From NCBI GenBank assembly GCA_051453625.1, contig JBOZIK010000001.1:32737089-32784766 (forward strand): a stretch of DNA of 47,678 bases, read 5' to 3'. Made by a program: the position numbers and the translations under genes. Origin of the DNA: Welwitschia mirabilis. Lineage: Eukaryota. Numbering within the stretch: the first letter of the stretch is position 1; each line of letters starts with the position of its first letter. Below the pieces are notes generated by a model that did not search any database, was not told the DNA's origin, and worked only from the letters and a program-made list of their open reading frames with translations. Of the stretch, positions 1-10,977 are shown piece by piece.

Positions 1-1640
1 TACAGTAACATTTACCGTTTCTACTCATGTATCTTTACATTTGATTGATTTTTATAACACTAAATTCGCGAGGAATTGGGCAAGAAAGACCTTAGTAAGA
101 ATACCTTTTTTTTGTTTTTTTTGTGATTAAGTATTTTCATAGTTTTAAATACCCTGAATTTTCTTGTAAAACTTTTTAAAAAGGTGAGTTTATGCTTATG
201 TTTTTCATTAAGGCTTTTAAATGATCATTAAAAGTNNNNNNNNNNNNNNNNNNNNNNNNNNNNNNNNNNNNNNNNNNNNNNNNNNNNNNNNNNNNNNNNN
301 NNNNNNNNNNNNNNNNNNNNNNNNNNNNNNNNNNNNNNNNNNNNNNNNNNNNNNNNNNNNNNNNNNNNNNNNNNNNNNNNNNNNNNNNNNNNNNNNNNNN
401 NNNNNNNNNNNNNNNNNNNNNNNNNNNNNNNNNNNNNNNNNNNNNNNNNNNNNNNNNNNNNNNNNNNNNNNNNNNNNNNNNNNNNNNNNNNNNNNNNNNN
501 NNNNNNNNNNNNNNNNNNNNNNNNNNNNNNNNNNNNNNNNNNNNNNNNNNNNNNNNNNNNNNNNNNNNNNNNNNNNNNNNNNNNNNNNNNNNNNNNNNNN
601 NNNNNNNNNNNNNNNNNNNNNNNNNNNNNNNNNNNNNNNNNNNNNNNNNNNNNNNNNNNNNNNNNNNNNNNNNNNNNNNNNNNNNNNNNNNNNNNNNNNN
701 NNNNNNNNNNNNNNNNNNNNNNNNNNNNNNNNNNNNNNNNNNNNNNNNNNNNNNNNNNNNNNNNNNNNNNNNNNNNNNNNNNNNNNNNNNNNNNNNNAAT
801 ATTTCTTCAGTTGTGTTTTTAGAATCTAAAATCATTTCTACCTACTCCTCCAAGGTTGTTGTAAATTCCCTCATAGAATTTGTAGGGTTGTCTTCTATCT
901 CTTTTTGTTTCTTTGCCTATTTTAATTCCTTGATGAATTGGCCTACTATTTGATTTTCTTTAGGTGGTAACCAAGTTTTACTTTCCTCCACAAGTTCTTT
1001 TAATTTTTTTAAGGCATCATCTATTATAAGGTTCATGAGGTTTCCACCATAAGAGAAATCTATGAGTTGTTTTATATGGGAAGTCAATCTATTATAAAAA
1101 TGGTCTTTCTTTTATAGTAAAAAGTCATATACTAAATTAGAGTGAACTGCTATAAAGAAATATTTATAAGTAAAGGCATAATCTTTATTTGATTTTTATT
1201 GGAAGTTTGTTATCTTTTTTCCTTTTTTTCTTACAGCTTTTTTACTCATGAATCTTTTAACAAAGGTTTTCCAAGTTGATCCCATTTATTTAGGATTTTA
1301 TAGGGTATAGTTTTTAGCTAAAGTTTTGCCTTACACTTTAATGTCATGGGGAAGATTATCATGTATGTTCTATCTATTATTTTTTTATTTCCATTTCCTA
1401 AGGTAAGGATAAGTTGTTCAATATCTCAAATATGTTGAATGGGATCCTTATCATCTTATCTACTAAAAATTGAGTAGGTATGTAAATTTTTGAACTCTAC
1501 ATCATCTCCTAGTGGTAGGTCAAAAGGTGTTTGAATGTCTCTTTTCTTATTGGCTAATAATTCTCTAAGGGTGAGGTTGGCATTTGGGGTAGGACATCCT
1601 ACTACTTGTTTTTACTTATAGAAGGCACTCGACATTGTAA
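1..1640 (-). pseudogene. gag: Degenerate gag and gag-protease linker of element A
   Basis: Minus-strand translation gives TLRELLANKKRDIQTPFDLPLGDDVEF (~1490-1575) and KVFLAQFLANLVL*KSIKCKD (~30-95), matching C (TLKEIIANKKYEIQNPFYLPSCDDVEL; KVFLAQSITNLVLQKCPKFKD). Many stops and frameshifts; N-gap at 236-798. Confidence 0.8.
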
Positions 1641-1880
1641 TTGGATTCTATCCTTCTATAGATTTTTCATTAAAGAAATTAGATTCAAAAAAAATAAATT
1701 CGAAAAAATATTGAGTGCACCTGAAGATTATTCTTCTGACTCTTTTCTATTTTTACTAGTTCTTCTTTGATGTTTTTTTGTATTAGCTATTTTTGTCTCA
1801 GATATTTCTTCTATAATTTAACTATATCACAGCATCTTGCAAATAGCAAATAACAGAAAACATATCAAAAATAACAGACC

Positions 1881-2133
1881 GTCGTCCTGTCTATCATTGG
1901 AATGATATAAGGGACGACACACATAGAAATTAGAAAAACAGAAACAAAACTGAAATTAAAAAAAGAAAGCAGAAAACACAGAAAATAGGCCTGTCATTCA
2001 CTTAGTTGTCTAGATGTTATAGGAGACGATAGAGATTAATTTATTATAGAAAAAATCATAAACTAAAAATAAACCAAAAATAAAAATAAGACACTGTTGT
2101 CCTGACTATCATGAAGATGATAAAGGGGACAAT
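1881..2133. repeat. Cluster of three ~40-bp nested hairpin repeats in the 5' leader of A
   Basis: 1881-1918 reads GTCGTCC-tgtc-TATCATT-gg-AATGATA-taag-GGACGAC, with two perfect stems. Decayed copies at ~1992-2031 and ~2096-2133. Confidence 0.8.
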
Positions 2134-2283
2134 CACACTTTTTTATAGAAAACTGAAACTGAAAAATNNNNNNNNNNNNNNNNNNNNNGAAAACTTACAG
2201 ATCTAATAAAATATAATGCTGTATAGACAAATAACTAGAATACTTATCTGAATGACGATAACCCTTGTACTTCTTAATAGCCT

Positions 2284-2301
2284 TCCTTAGTAATAGCACC
2301 A
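2284..2301 (-). promoter_or_regulatory. Primer-binding site (tRNA-Asp type) of A
   Basis: Minus strand TGGTGCTATTACTAAGGA, 3 nt after the LTR end. It differs from the Athila consensus TGGCGCCGTTGCCGGGGA only by C>T/G>A transitions. Confidence 0.8.
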
Positions 2302-2304
2302 ATT

Positions 2305-4164
2305 TGTTGTGGTGTATATTGGTGTAAGCTTTTATGTTCAAAGATTTTCTATTATTAATAATTAAAATAGATATTTGTATAATACATTACACTAGTATAA
2401 TGGGAGTGACCCGAAATGTCATATTTCATTGAATTCTATGAGTATGAGACTTAGGTTGCTTTTGCAATTAAACTAGAAACCAAAAAATAATAACATGCAA
2501 GAAAATAAAGATACCATGCAAAGTGCAATGTGCAATCTAAACTAACGTGTAATGTAAAAATAATCCTAACCCTACTTACTTTTAGCCTTAACAAAGGCTA
2601 CCCTTAATAATCTATATCACCCAAGACATTGTCACCAGGTCAAGAACAACATTAGACTATAAAGGACATAAGAAAACCTAACATGCAAACATGAAAATAA
2701 AATCAAGATTTATAATAAAAGAATAACAAATATCTCAGTTACAAAAAAGCAAGGTCTTAATGGAAGATACTCATCCCTCCACCAAGTGCACATCTTTTTG
2801 CAATGCTCAAGATAGATCTCCTGCCCTTCACTCTCCTATCATGAGAATATCTAGTGCATTGAAGATGAGAATAAGAATCGAAGGGGGGTTTATTTATAAG
2901 AAATTATAACAGAAAAAGACAGACAAAAGGTATAATTATGCACACTCATTAAGGACTCAGAAATGAATGAAACTACTAAGGGAACCTGTCAGTGATAGTT
3001 ACATGTCAGTGTTGTCTGGGATATCATCTGGATGACCTGGGGAATAATAGTACATTACAAAATATCTTTAAAGTGATGACTCAGTAGTCCACATTAGTAG
3101 TTGTCGTCCTGCCTATCGTGTGGATGACGAAAGGGACAACGTTCTTCTTTAATGATTTNNNNNNNNNNNNNNNNNNNNNNNNNNNNNNNNNNNNNNNNNN
3201 NNNNNNNNNNNNNNNNNNNNNNNNNNNNNNNNNNNNNNNNNNNNNNNNNNNNNNNNNNNNNNNNNNNNNNNNNNNNNNNNNNNNNNNNNNNNNNNNNNNN
3301 NNNNNNNNNNNNNNNNNNNNNNNNNNNNNNNNNNNNNNNNNNNNNNNNNNNNNNNNNNNNNNNNNNNNNNNNNNNNNNNNNNNNNNNNNNNNNNNNNNNN
3401 NNNNNNNNNNNNNNNNNNNNNNNNNNNNNNNNNNNNNNNNNNNNNNNNNNNNNNNNNNNNNNNNNNNNNNNNNNNNNNNNNNNNNNNNNNNNNNNNNNNN
3501 NNNNNNNNNNNNNNNNNNNNNNNNNNNNNNNNNNNNNNNNNNNNNNNNNNNNNNNNNNNNNNNNNNNNNNNNNNNNNNNNNNNNNNNNNNNNNAAATGAA
3601 TGAAACTACTGAGGGAATCTATCAGTGATAGTTACATGTCAGTCTCATCCGGGCTATCATCTGGATGACCTGGGGAACAATAGTACATTACAAAATATCT
3701 TTAAAATGATGACTCAGTAGTCCACATTAGTAGTTATCATCCTGCCTGTCATGTGGATGACGAAGGGGATAACATTCTTCTTTAATGATTTTCTTGAAGA
3801 GAAACTTAGCATTTTTGTCACAAAAGCTCTGTTCATCAAAAAGTTCCTTTAGTGTATTAAATTTAGATAATAATTATACTTTTCTGATATTTCCTCTTGT
3901 ATCTCCAAAATCCTTAGAATTGCACTTAAACTTGTATAAAATTCCTAGAAAATAACTCATAAAACCTATCAAATAATCATAAATTGGTAGCGCAACACTT
4001 GACAAGAAANNNNNNNNNNNNNNNNNNNNNNNNNNNNNNNNNNNNNNNNNNNNNNNNNNNNNNNNNNNNNNNNNNNNNNNNNNNNNNNNNNNNNNNNNNN
4101 NNNNNNNNNTCCTAGAAAATAACTCATAAAACCTATCAAATAATCATAAATTGGTAGCGCAACA
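2305..4164 (-). repeat. 5' LTR of A (length inflated by gaps and gap-flank duplications)
   Basis: Plus strand starts TGTTGTGGTG and ends TTGGTAGCGCAACA. Shares blocks with the LTRs at 23462 and 43985 (e.g. ACACTAGTATAA..GAGTGACC; CTCCTATCATGAGAAT). Confidence 0.82.
2891..2898 (-). promoter_or_regulatory. Putative TATA box in the LTR of A
   Basis: Minus strand CTTATAAATAAACCCCCC. The same motif sits at the equivalent position in the B LTR (24151-24158). Confidence 0.6.
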
Positions 4165-7100
4165 CTTGACAAGAAATTCCAAGAGAACTTGTGAAAAATT
4201 CACTATTGTGAAATCTAATAAAGTATACAAAAACTAACAAAGAGCATGACCTTTCCACACCTTTGATGCATACTAATGATCCACTAGATATAGAACAGAT
4301 AGAGTAGCAACAATATAAAGAAGAAGATGTGAAGGAGGAGGATAACAAGAAGAAGAAAATGTTGAGGAGGAAAGTGAACCTCTTACTTCTTTTGATATTG
4401 CTCAAATCCGATTGCTTTCCCCACCCTTAACTATGGTTNNNNNNNNNNNNNNNNNNNNNNNNNNNNNNNNNNNNNNNNNNNNNNNNNNNNNNNNNNNNNN
4501 NNNNNNNNNNNNNNNNNNNNNNNNNNNNNNNNNNNNNNNNNNNNNNNNNNNNNNNNNNNNNNNNNNNNNNNNNNNNNNNNNNNNNNNNNNNNNNNNNNNN
4601 NNNNNNNNNNNNNNNNNNNNNNNNNNNNNNNNNNNNNNNNNNNNNNNNNNNNNNNNNNNNNNNNNNNNNNNNNNNNNNNNNNNNNNNNNNNNNNNNNNNN
4701 NNNNNNNNNNNNNNNNNNNNNNNNNNNNNNNNNNNNNNNNNNNNNNNNNNNNNNNNNNNNNNNNNNNNNNNNNNNNNNNNNNNNNNNNNNNNNNNNNNNN
4801 NNNNNNNNNNNNNNNNNNNNATCGCCCTTCCTTAAATTATACAGAGAGTGTAAACATAAATGCCTTAATAATGAGGAAAGAGAAAAATAAAAAAGGAAAG
4901 AAAATAACTTAGAAAAGGATTCATCACTTATCTATTATAGAGCAATGATGGACGATGTAAGCCCAAAATTTCAAAAAAAAAAAAACTTGAGAAATACAGG
5001 GATATTCCTCTAGTGCAAACTTATCACAAAGCTATGGGACATGACCATCACAAGTGAGTCACTTAGCAATGAAGATGTGATAGATTATACCCCTTATTAC
5101 ATATGACTTTACACATTATTATAGGATGAAATAACTCTCAATCCATAACAAACACTCATCATTGTATATGATGCTATAACAACTAGAGTGATAAGTAGAA
5201 ACATATGCCTATAGCTATCATAAGTTAATCTCTTAACAATAACTTATGTGATAATTGAAAAATTTATTAAATAACTTGTCATGCTATGACAATTATAAAA
5301 ATCAAAAAAACATTATAAAAAGGACAAGTATAGTAAACTAAATTTCATATTTTATCCTACCTTTGTGCATTGCCACTTCATTGTTCTAACCAAACAAAAT
5401 TCTCATATAACATCAAATCATTCACAAGCTAGAAATAAGATGTCTCAATAATCCATAGCATAAGTGAGTTATTATCCACTACTCTATTTAGAAAAAAATG
5501 CAATTTTTTATTATTAAGAACCTAAGTCTAGGACATAGATAGGTGTTACTCTAAATATTTGACTCAATATTACCTCATTTAAAGGAAAGCAATTATTATT
5601 TAAGGTGAAATTCAAATCCAAAAAAGTACAAAGCATTATAACATCAATATTTCAATTTATTTNNNNNNNNNNNNNNNNNNNNNNNNNNNNNNNNNNNNNN
5701 NNNNNNNNNNNNNNNNNNNNNNNNNNNNNNNNNNNNNNNNNNNNNNNNNNNNNNNNNNNNNNTTATAGAGCTAGAAATAAGATGTGTCGATAATGCATAG
5801 CATAAGTGAGTTATTATCCACTACTCTATTTAGAAAAAAATGCATTTTTTTGTTATTAAGAACCTAACTCTAGGACATAGATAGGTGTTACTCTAAATAT
5901 TTGACTCAATCTTACCTCATTTAAAGGAAAGCAATTATTATTTAAGGTGAAATTCAAATCCCAAAAAGTACAAAGCATTATAACATCAATATTTCAATTT
6001 ATTTTTGTGAAATTAATATCATTCCATCCTTTGATATCAAATTTTATCATTTAATACATCTCTTTACCATTATGGAGGGTTATGGTAACAAATGTTTGTT
6101 CTGTTAGGCCAAATAACTAAGTATAAGTTCTAGAAAGAGTGCAACAACAAAAGGTTCCCTACTTATATCACAGGTACCTCCTCCGTCTCCATGGCCAATA
6201 GCTCTAATACAAAGAACAACTTTTATAGCTATGATAAATAGAAAAAGATAGTTGTAAAAATCTACCATCATTTTATAATACAGCTATAACATTTGATTAC
6301 AAAATATTTCTAAAGGATTAATGAAAAGCTTAATTCACCAAATCTTGATATGGTTTTTATGTCCATCTTGTTGGTAATATTGCCCTAGTTAAACTTATAA
6401 ATTTCATAGTGTGAGATCATTATTCATTCAATACTACAATAAGTAAATATTAATATTACTAAGTAATCTTTCCATAATAGATTTAACATTCCCTATGAAA
6501 AAACTAAATTATACATTAATAAAGGCATCAAATAATAGAATATACAACTTTTTCAGGAATTGATCATAGATGAAATGGATCTTAAAGTATAAAATTTAGC
6601 ATTTTAAAGAGGGATCTTCATTTAAGCTTTCAACCTATTGAGTCATGTCTATTTCTATTTAGACACTTCCAATATCCATCTGATGACTCACATGGTCAAC
6701 CTCATGATGTTTTATTCTAGATTAGTCCTTACACTATAACATTCAGAGCCTTTTAATTTAACTTATTATTTATTCAAAATCATGAAATATACATTCAGCC
6801 ATATATTATAATTTTCTTTTCCTTTCTAGTTGATACCATTCTCTGCATCATGAATGATCCAATGCCAACATGAGAAGCTTTAGTTAACATGACTATTGTA
6901 ACTACCAAGGAGATCCTAAATATTCTTCTCATAAAAAAATGGAACTTCCACCTCCTAAAAAGACCACATGTAACTGAAATAGATTCTATCATGATGAAAT
7001 TTCTTAGTAAGAAGTTTGGCCTTTTAGAAAAGGACTTTCACAGTATACGACACCAATTGAAAGATTAGATGCAAACATTGGAATTAAAACTTATTGAGCT

Positions 7101-7649
7101 TAAGGAAGGAGTCAAAGAAATCAAGGCTTATATTGGTCTTAGAGCTAGGAGAGTTACTGAGCCACCTCCTCCTTCTAAAGGAGATGATTCACAGGAGATG
7201 GAAATGTAATAATTGTCATTTTAATAAATGTAATACACTTCATATTTTAAATTGTCTTGTACATTTATTTTTTGCAAAGTAATAAAGGGATTTTCAATAA
7301 TGAAAAAGGATGATATGATAGATGATAAAAATTTCTAAATTATTATGCACTAATGGCTAGTAAACCTAATGAAAGCCTCATTTGCACATCACAAAATAGG
7401 TTATTTATAATAACAAATGAATTGTAATGCTTTATGTCACTAAAAGTTTAATTTGAATAGAAAAACATGCTATTTTGTAATATTGATAGGATCATTATCC
7501 AATGATGGAACTCTGATAAATTCAATTTTTTTAGTATTATGTGATTATTATTTAGTAATAGATGTACATCATGAAATAGGTCACAACTCAAATTTTAGAA
7601 CCTTTTAGAATCTACTCTAACATAAGAATTAGCTTTCTCTATCCATTAT
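4165..7649 (-). mobile_element. Element F, left part: highly decayed probable Tat-type gypsy element (integrase remnant plus 3' region with antisense ORF)
   Basis: Minus strand 7330-7649 gives integrase-like fragments in the expected order: WIE, VPSLDND (cf. GVP..IITDNG), IKHYNS, EAF. These continue the zinc-finger part found on the far side of element G. Confidence 0.5.
6072..7209 (+). pseudogene. Degenerate accessory ORF (env-like / Transposase_32-like), antisense to F's pol
   Basis: Fragments across frameshifts: YCPS*TYKFHSV; FNLLSHV..SNI / YPSDDSHGQPHDVYSRLVLTL*HSEPFNLTYYLFKIM; Pro-rich MELPPP; coiled-coil-like LELKLIELKEGVKEIKAY; EPPPPSKGDDSQEMEM*. AATAAA-rich 3' flank. Confidence 0.5.
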
Positions 7650-7827
7650 TATTGGTAAAAATCTAGTTTTGATTATTTTACTTAACAAATATATTATGAT
7701 ATTATGTAGATAAGTTAAATTGGAGAAAACTAGATCATAAAAAGCATTAGTTCATGTCAAACATTAAAGTTCATAGTTCATAAAAAGTTCAGCTCCAAAA
7801 TCATAAACGCTAAATTACAATTAAATG

Positions 7828-8225
7828 AAGACATCTATAGAATTAAAAATCTCTATGGAAAAGACATCTATACATTTGGAGACATCTATGAAAAATATGT
7901 CTATATAATTAAATACATCTATGTTAAACTAAATTTTAATTATAGAGAAATATGTCTATCTTGAATAAGACGTCTACGAGTAAGGATCTGACATAGGTAA
8001 AGGACATCTATCATGTTGAAGACATCTATACTAAACTAGAAGAGATAACATAGATAAATTATACTTTGATAAACTATCTACATTTTAAGAAATCAATCAA
8101 GATCTACATCTCTGATTTCTAATAATTAATGTTTACTATAGTTCAAATTTCATCAAATTCTATAAACTTTAACTAAAGATATCTGCCATGTTAAAGATGT
8201 TTAATTGATAGAAGACATCTATCAT
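7828..8225. repeat. Array of decayed AGACGTCT palindromes in U3 of the G 5' LTR
   Basis: About ten copies of AAGACATCTA / AAGATGTCTA / AATATGTCTA, with one intact AAGACGTCTA at ~7967-7976. Spacing is often ~17-20 nt. Confidence 0.85.
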
Positions 8226-8763
8226 ATTTAAGAAGCTTATTCCAAACATTTGTAGAAAATTAAATAGATGTTACACATTCAATACTTAGTCATTTCTATT
8301 TTTTGTATGGTGGTTACAATTTTTAAACATCTATTTCTCTAGATCAAATAGCTAGAAGAATATCAAAAGATATAAAGGGATTAATTGATCAACATATTTA
8401 ACTAATGAATCTATTCACACACGAATGCATGGGTGACTGGTTCTATTCATAAAGCTTTTAAGCTATCATTTGCAATGGACTATTAAGTGACTACATCATT
8501 TCATCATTAGCTTCTATAATATTGCATCACTCTTATCTTTGTCACTCATGAGGGATGAAAATAAGAGAGAACTCAAGTTTTTTATCAAAGACATATTATT
8601 TCATGCTTTTTATTTCATTTGTTATCATTATTTATTGGATCTAAATTATTGAACTATTATATTTTTGAATATTTTTATTATAGTCTTTTTTAATCAAACC
8701 TATGGATCCCTTTTGAGAGTTTCATATTGTAAGATGACCCTTGTATGGGTGTATTTTTGTAAA

Positions 8764-8943
8764 TGCTTGTAAGCCCATTTCATTATTATAGTATTGAATA
8801 TCCCTAAGAGGAAGAGAGTGTTAACTTACAAAGAGAATCTTACATTATGTTAGTGCTTGTGAGAATATTTTTATTATTCTGTTATTAAATATCCTTGAGG
8901 GAAATAGAGTGCTACCTTAAAAGGATCATCTCATATTGTATGT
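8764..8943 (+). repeat. ~90-bp tandem duplication in U5 of the G LTR
   Basis: Units start TGCTTGT at 8764 and 8854, each containing TATT.AATATCC.T.AG.G.A..AGAGTG. The same duplication is in the 3' LTR (~18809-18990). Confidence 0.7.
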
Positions 8944-9164
8944 AATATTAGTGGTGCTCCAAAACCACTATTTTTATAAGTTAAGAATATCTAAATCCTA
9001 GGGAGGAAGCTACCCTCTATGTGTGGACATACCCAGGTTAGGTAATTACATTAATTTGCTAATGTATTTATTACTTAGTTTTAAATTATTTTTATTAAAA
9101 TTTATTTTAGTAAGCCTCATTCACCCCTCTTCTCTAAGTTCAATGATCCTCATGTAGTCCCAGA

Positions 9165-10970
9165 ATGAATACTCATGAAAAGAAGTAACTTTCTTGAGTA
9201 AACTACGAAATGGGTATCATCTGTCAGACATCCACTCTTTAACGGGACTAATTATGCCTATTAGAAGATGAGAATGCAAGTGTACTTATAATCTTATGAG
9301 TTTTAAGTTTAGCAAAGCATAGAATATGAAGACTCACAACCTACATAAATCATAACAAATGCTATAGGAAATACTATCACACAAATGAAGCCTTAAAGAG
9401 GCTAGGAAGACAAAGAAAAGGTAGCTTTCATTTAGAATTCAAAAGTAAATAATGCTCTATACTTAGCACTTAGAATGGAGGAATTCAACAGAATAGCTAA
9501 ATGCAAAATGACATGACAAATATAAAATTATTTAGTGGGGACATATAAAGAAACCTCTATCATCAAGCAATCAAAACTTCTTATTTGGACAAATCAGTTT
9601 GAAAATCTCAAGATGAATAATAGAAAGAGAGTTTAAGAATACTTCACAAGAGTTTCTAACATTATGAATTCTATATGTGGAATTGATGAAAATATTCCTT
9701 AGGTAAAGATAATACAAAAGGTTATTAAATATTTAACTCTAAAATATAGATCTAAGACAATAACTAGGGAAGAATTAAGAGATTTCAACTCAGTAAAGAT
9801 TAAAAAATTACAAAGTGCTTTAATAGCTTACAAATTGAATCTTATTCAAGATGGTGTTTTAAAAGATAAGTTCATTGCTCTTAAAGAAAATGAAAGTACA
9901 AGATAAGATTCAAAAACAAAAATAAATAAAGGATTAGAAGGAGATAACTTTAAGGATAATGTTGATGAAGAACTTGCTCTCATCACAAGACAAGTAAAAA
10001 TACTTCTCTTATACAAGAACAATGAAAAGAAGGACTATAGAAAATCATCTAAATTTAAGTTAGAGATAATTCTAAAGGTAATAGTTCTAGTAACTCTTCA
10101 TCTTCTTCCAAGTCTAATATTTTTAAGTTAGAATGCTAGCTATGTGGAGAATGAGGACACATAGCTTGAGAATGTCCTAGTTCTAACAGAATGCAAGAAA
10201 AAGAATAAAAGAAAGAGCCTAAGAAAATAAGATCTTTCTTCATAAAATAGGATGGTGATGAAGATGCAATTGAGGTAGAAACATCTAATAATGAAAAATT
10301 CCATTCTTCCTACATAGCCATTGTACACATCCAAAAGGAAAATGATAAAAGAAAAGAAGAATGTAAATTAGATAGTAAAGGTAAAATAGGTATGAATCTT
10401 TAAAAAAGTTCTGATTTAATTTCTAAAGAGTTTATTACATTGCAAGACATATGCACTAAAATGAAGAAATTACTCCATTCTCATTAATTGGGTTATGAAT
10501 AAGAAAAAGATTCTTACAATAAGTTATCATCTGAAAACTTAACTCTAAAAGTTGAGATTCATAAACTAACATGTAAATTGAAGCATGTAAGACAGGAACT
10601 TTTTGACTTAAAGAGAATCAACAAGAATTTTATCCACGGAAAGAAGACATTAAAATTTATGCTTGAATAATGCAGAAGTCCAAATGATAAAAGTGGTTAG
10701 GATCATAATAAAGACTCCACTAGTACTTCAACTTCTTTGTTTAACAAATGGAACTACAAACTAAGATATGAGCATTTAGTGTTTACAAATAATATTATCT
10801 ATTATTACTTCTATAAACCAGGTCATTATCGATTTAATTTTTAATGAAATTTAAAAATAAATATTACACTAATAATGCCAAAAGGCTAAGAACTATGGTA
10901 TCATGTTTTGTACAGTCTAAAGCAAAGAAGATATGGGTTCCAAAATCAAAACTAGCATTATTAGCATAGA
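9165..10970 (+). pseudogene. gag: Degenerate gag of G
   Basis: VSSVRHPLFNGTNYAY*KMRMQVYL (cf. RPPLFDGTNYAYWK.RM); EEFNRIAKCK; QFENLKM; CCHC knuckles EC*LCGE*GHIA*ECP (~10131-10180) and IIYYYFYKPGHYRFN (~10793-10840); KKIWVPK. Confidence 0.88.
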
Positions 10971-10977
10971 TTACACT

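Larger units (their letters stand above)
1..4164 (-). mobile_element. Element A: Athila-related Ty3/gypsy LTR retrotransposon, 5' part (5' LTR, PBS, leader, gag); runs off the left edge of the window
   Basis: LTR bounded by TG(2305)...CA(3997, repeated to 4164 across a gap). A degenerate tRNA-Asp PBS lies next to it. Minus-strand gag peptides are homologous to elements B and C. Confidence 0.88.
7650..9152 (+). repeat. 5' LTR of G
   Basis: Colinear with 17683-19193 from TATTGGTAAAAATCTAG to TTCACCCCTCTTCTCTAAGTTCAATGATCCTCA; roughly 75-80% identity by eye. Confidence 0.92.

Noticed and set aside
1881-2133. Palindromic repeats separated by variable spacers, superficially CRISPR-like
   Set aside because: Copies are few per cluster, degenerate and irregularly spaced, lie within plant retrotransposon leaders and LTRs, and have no cas genes nearby.
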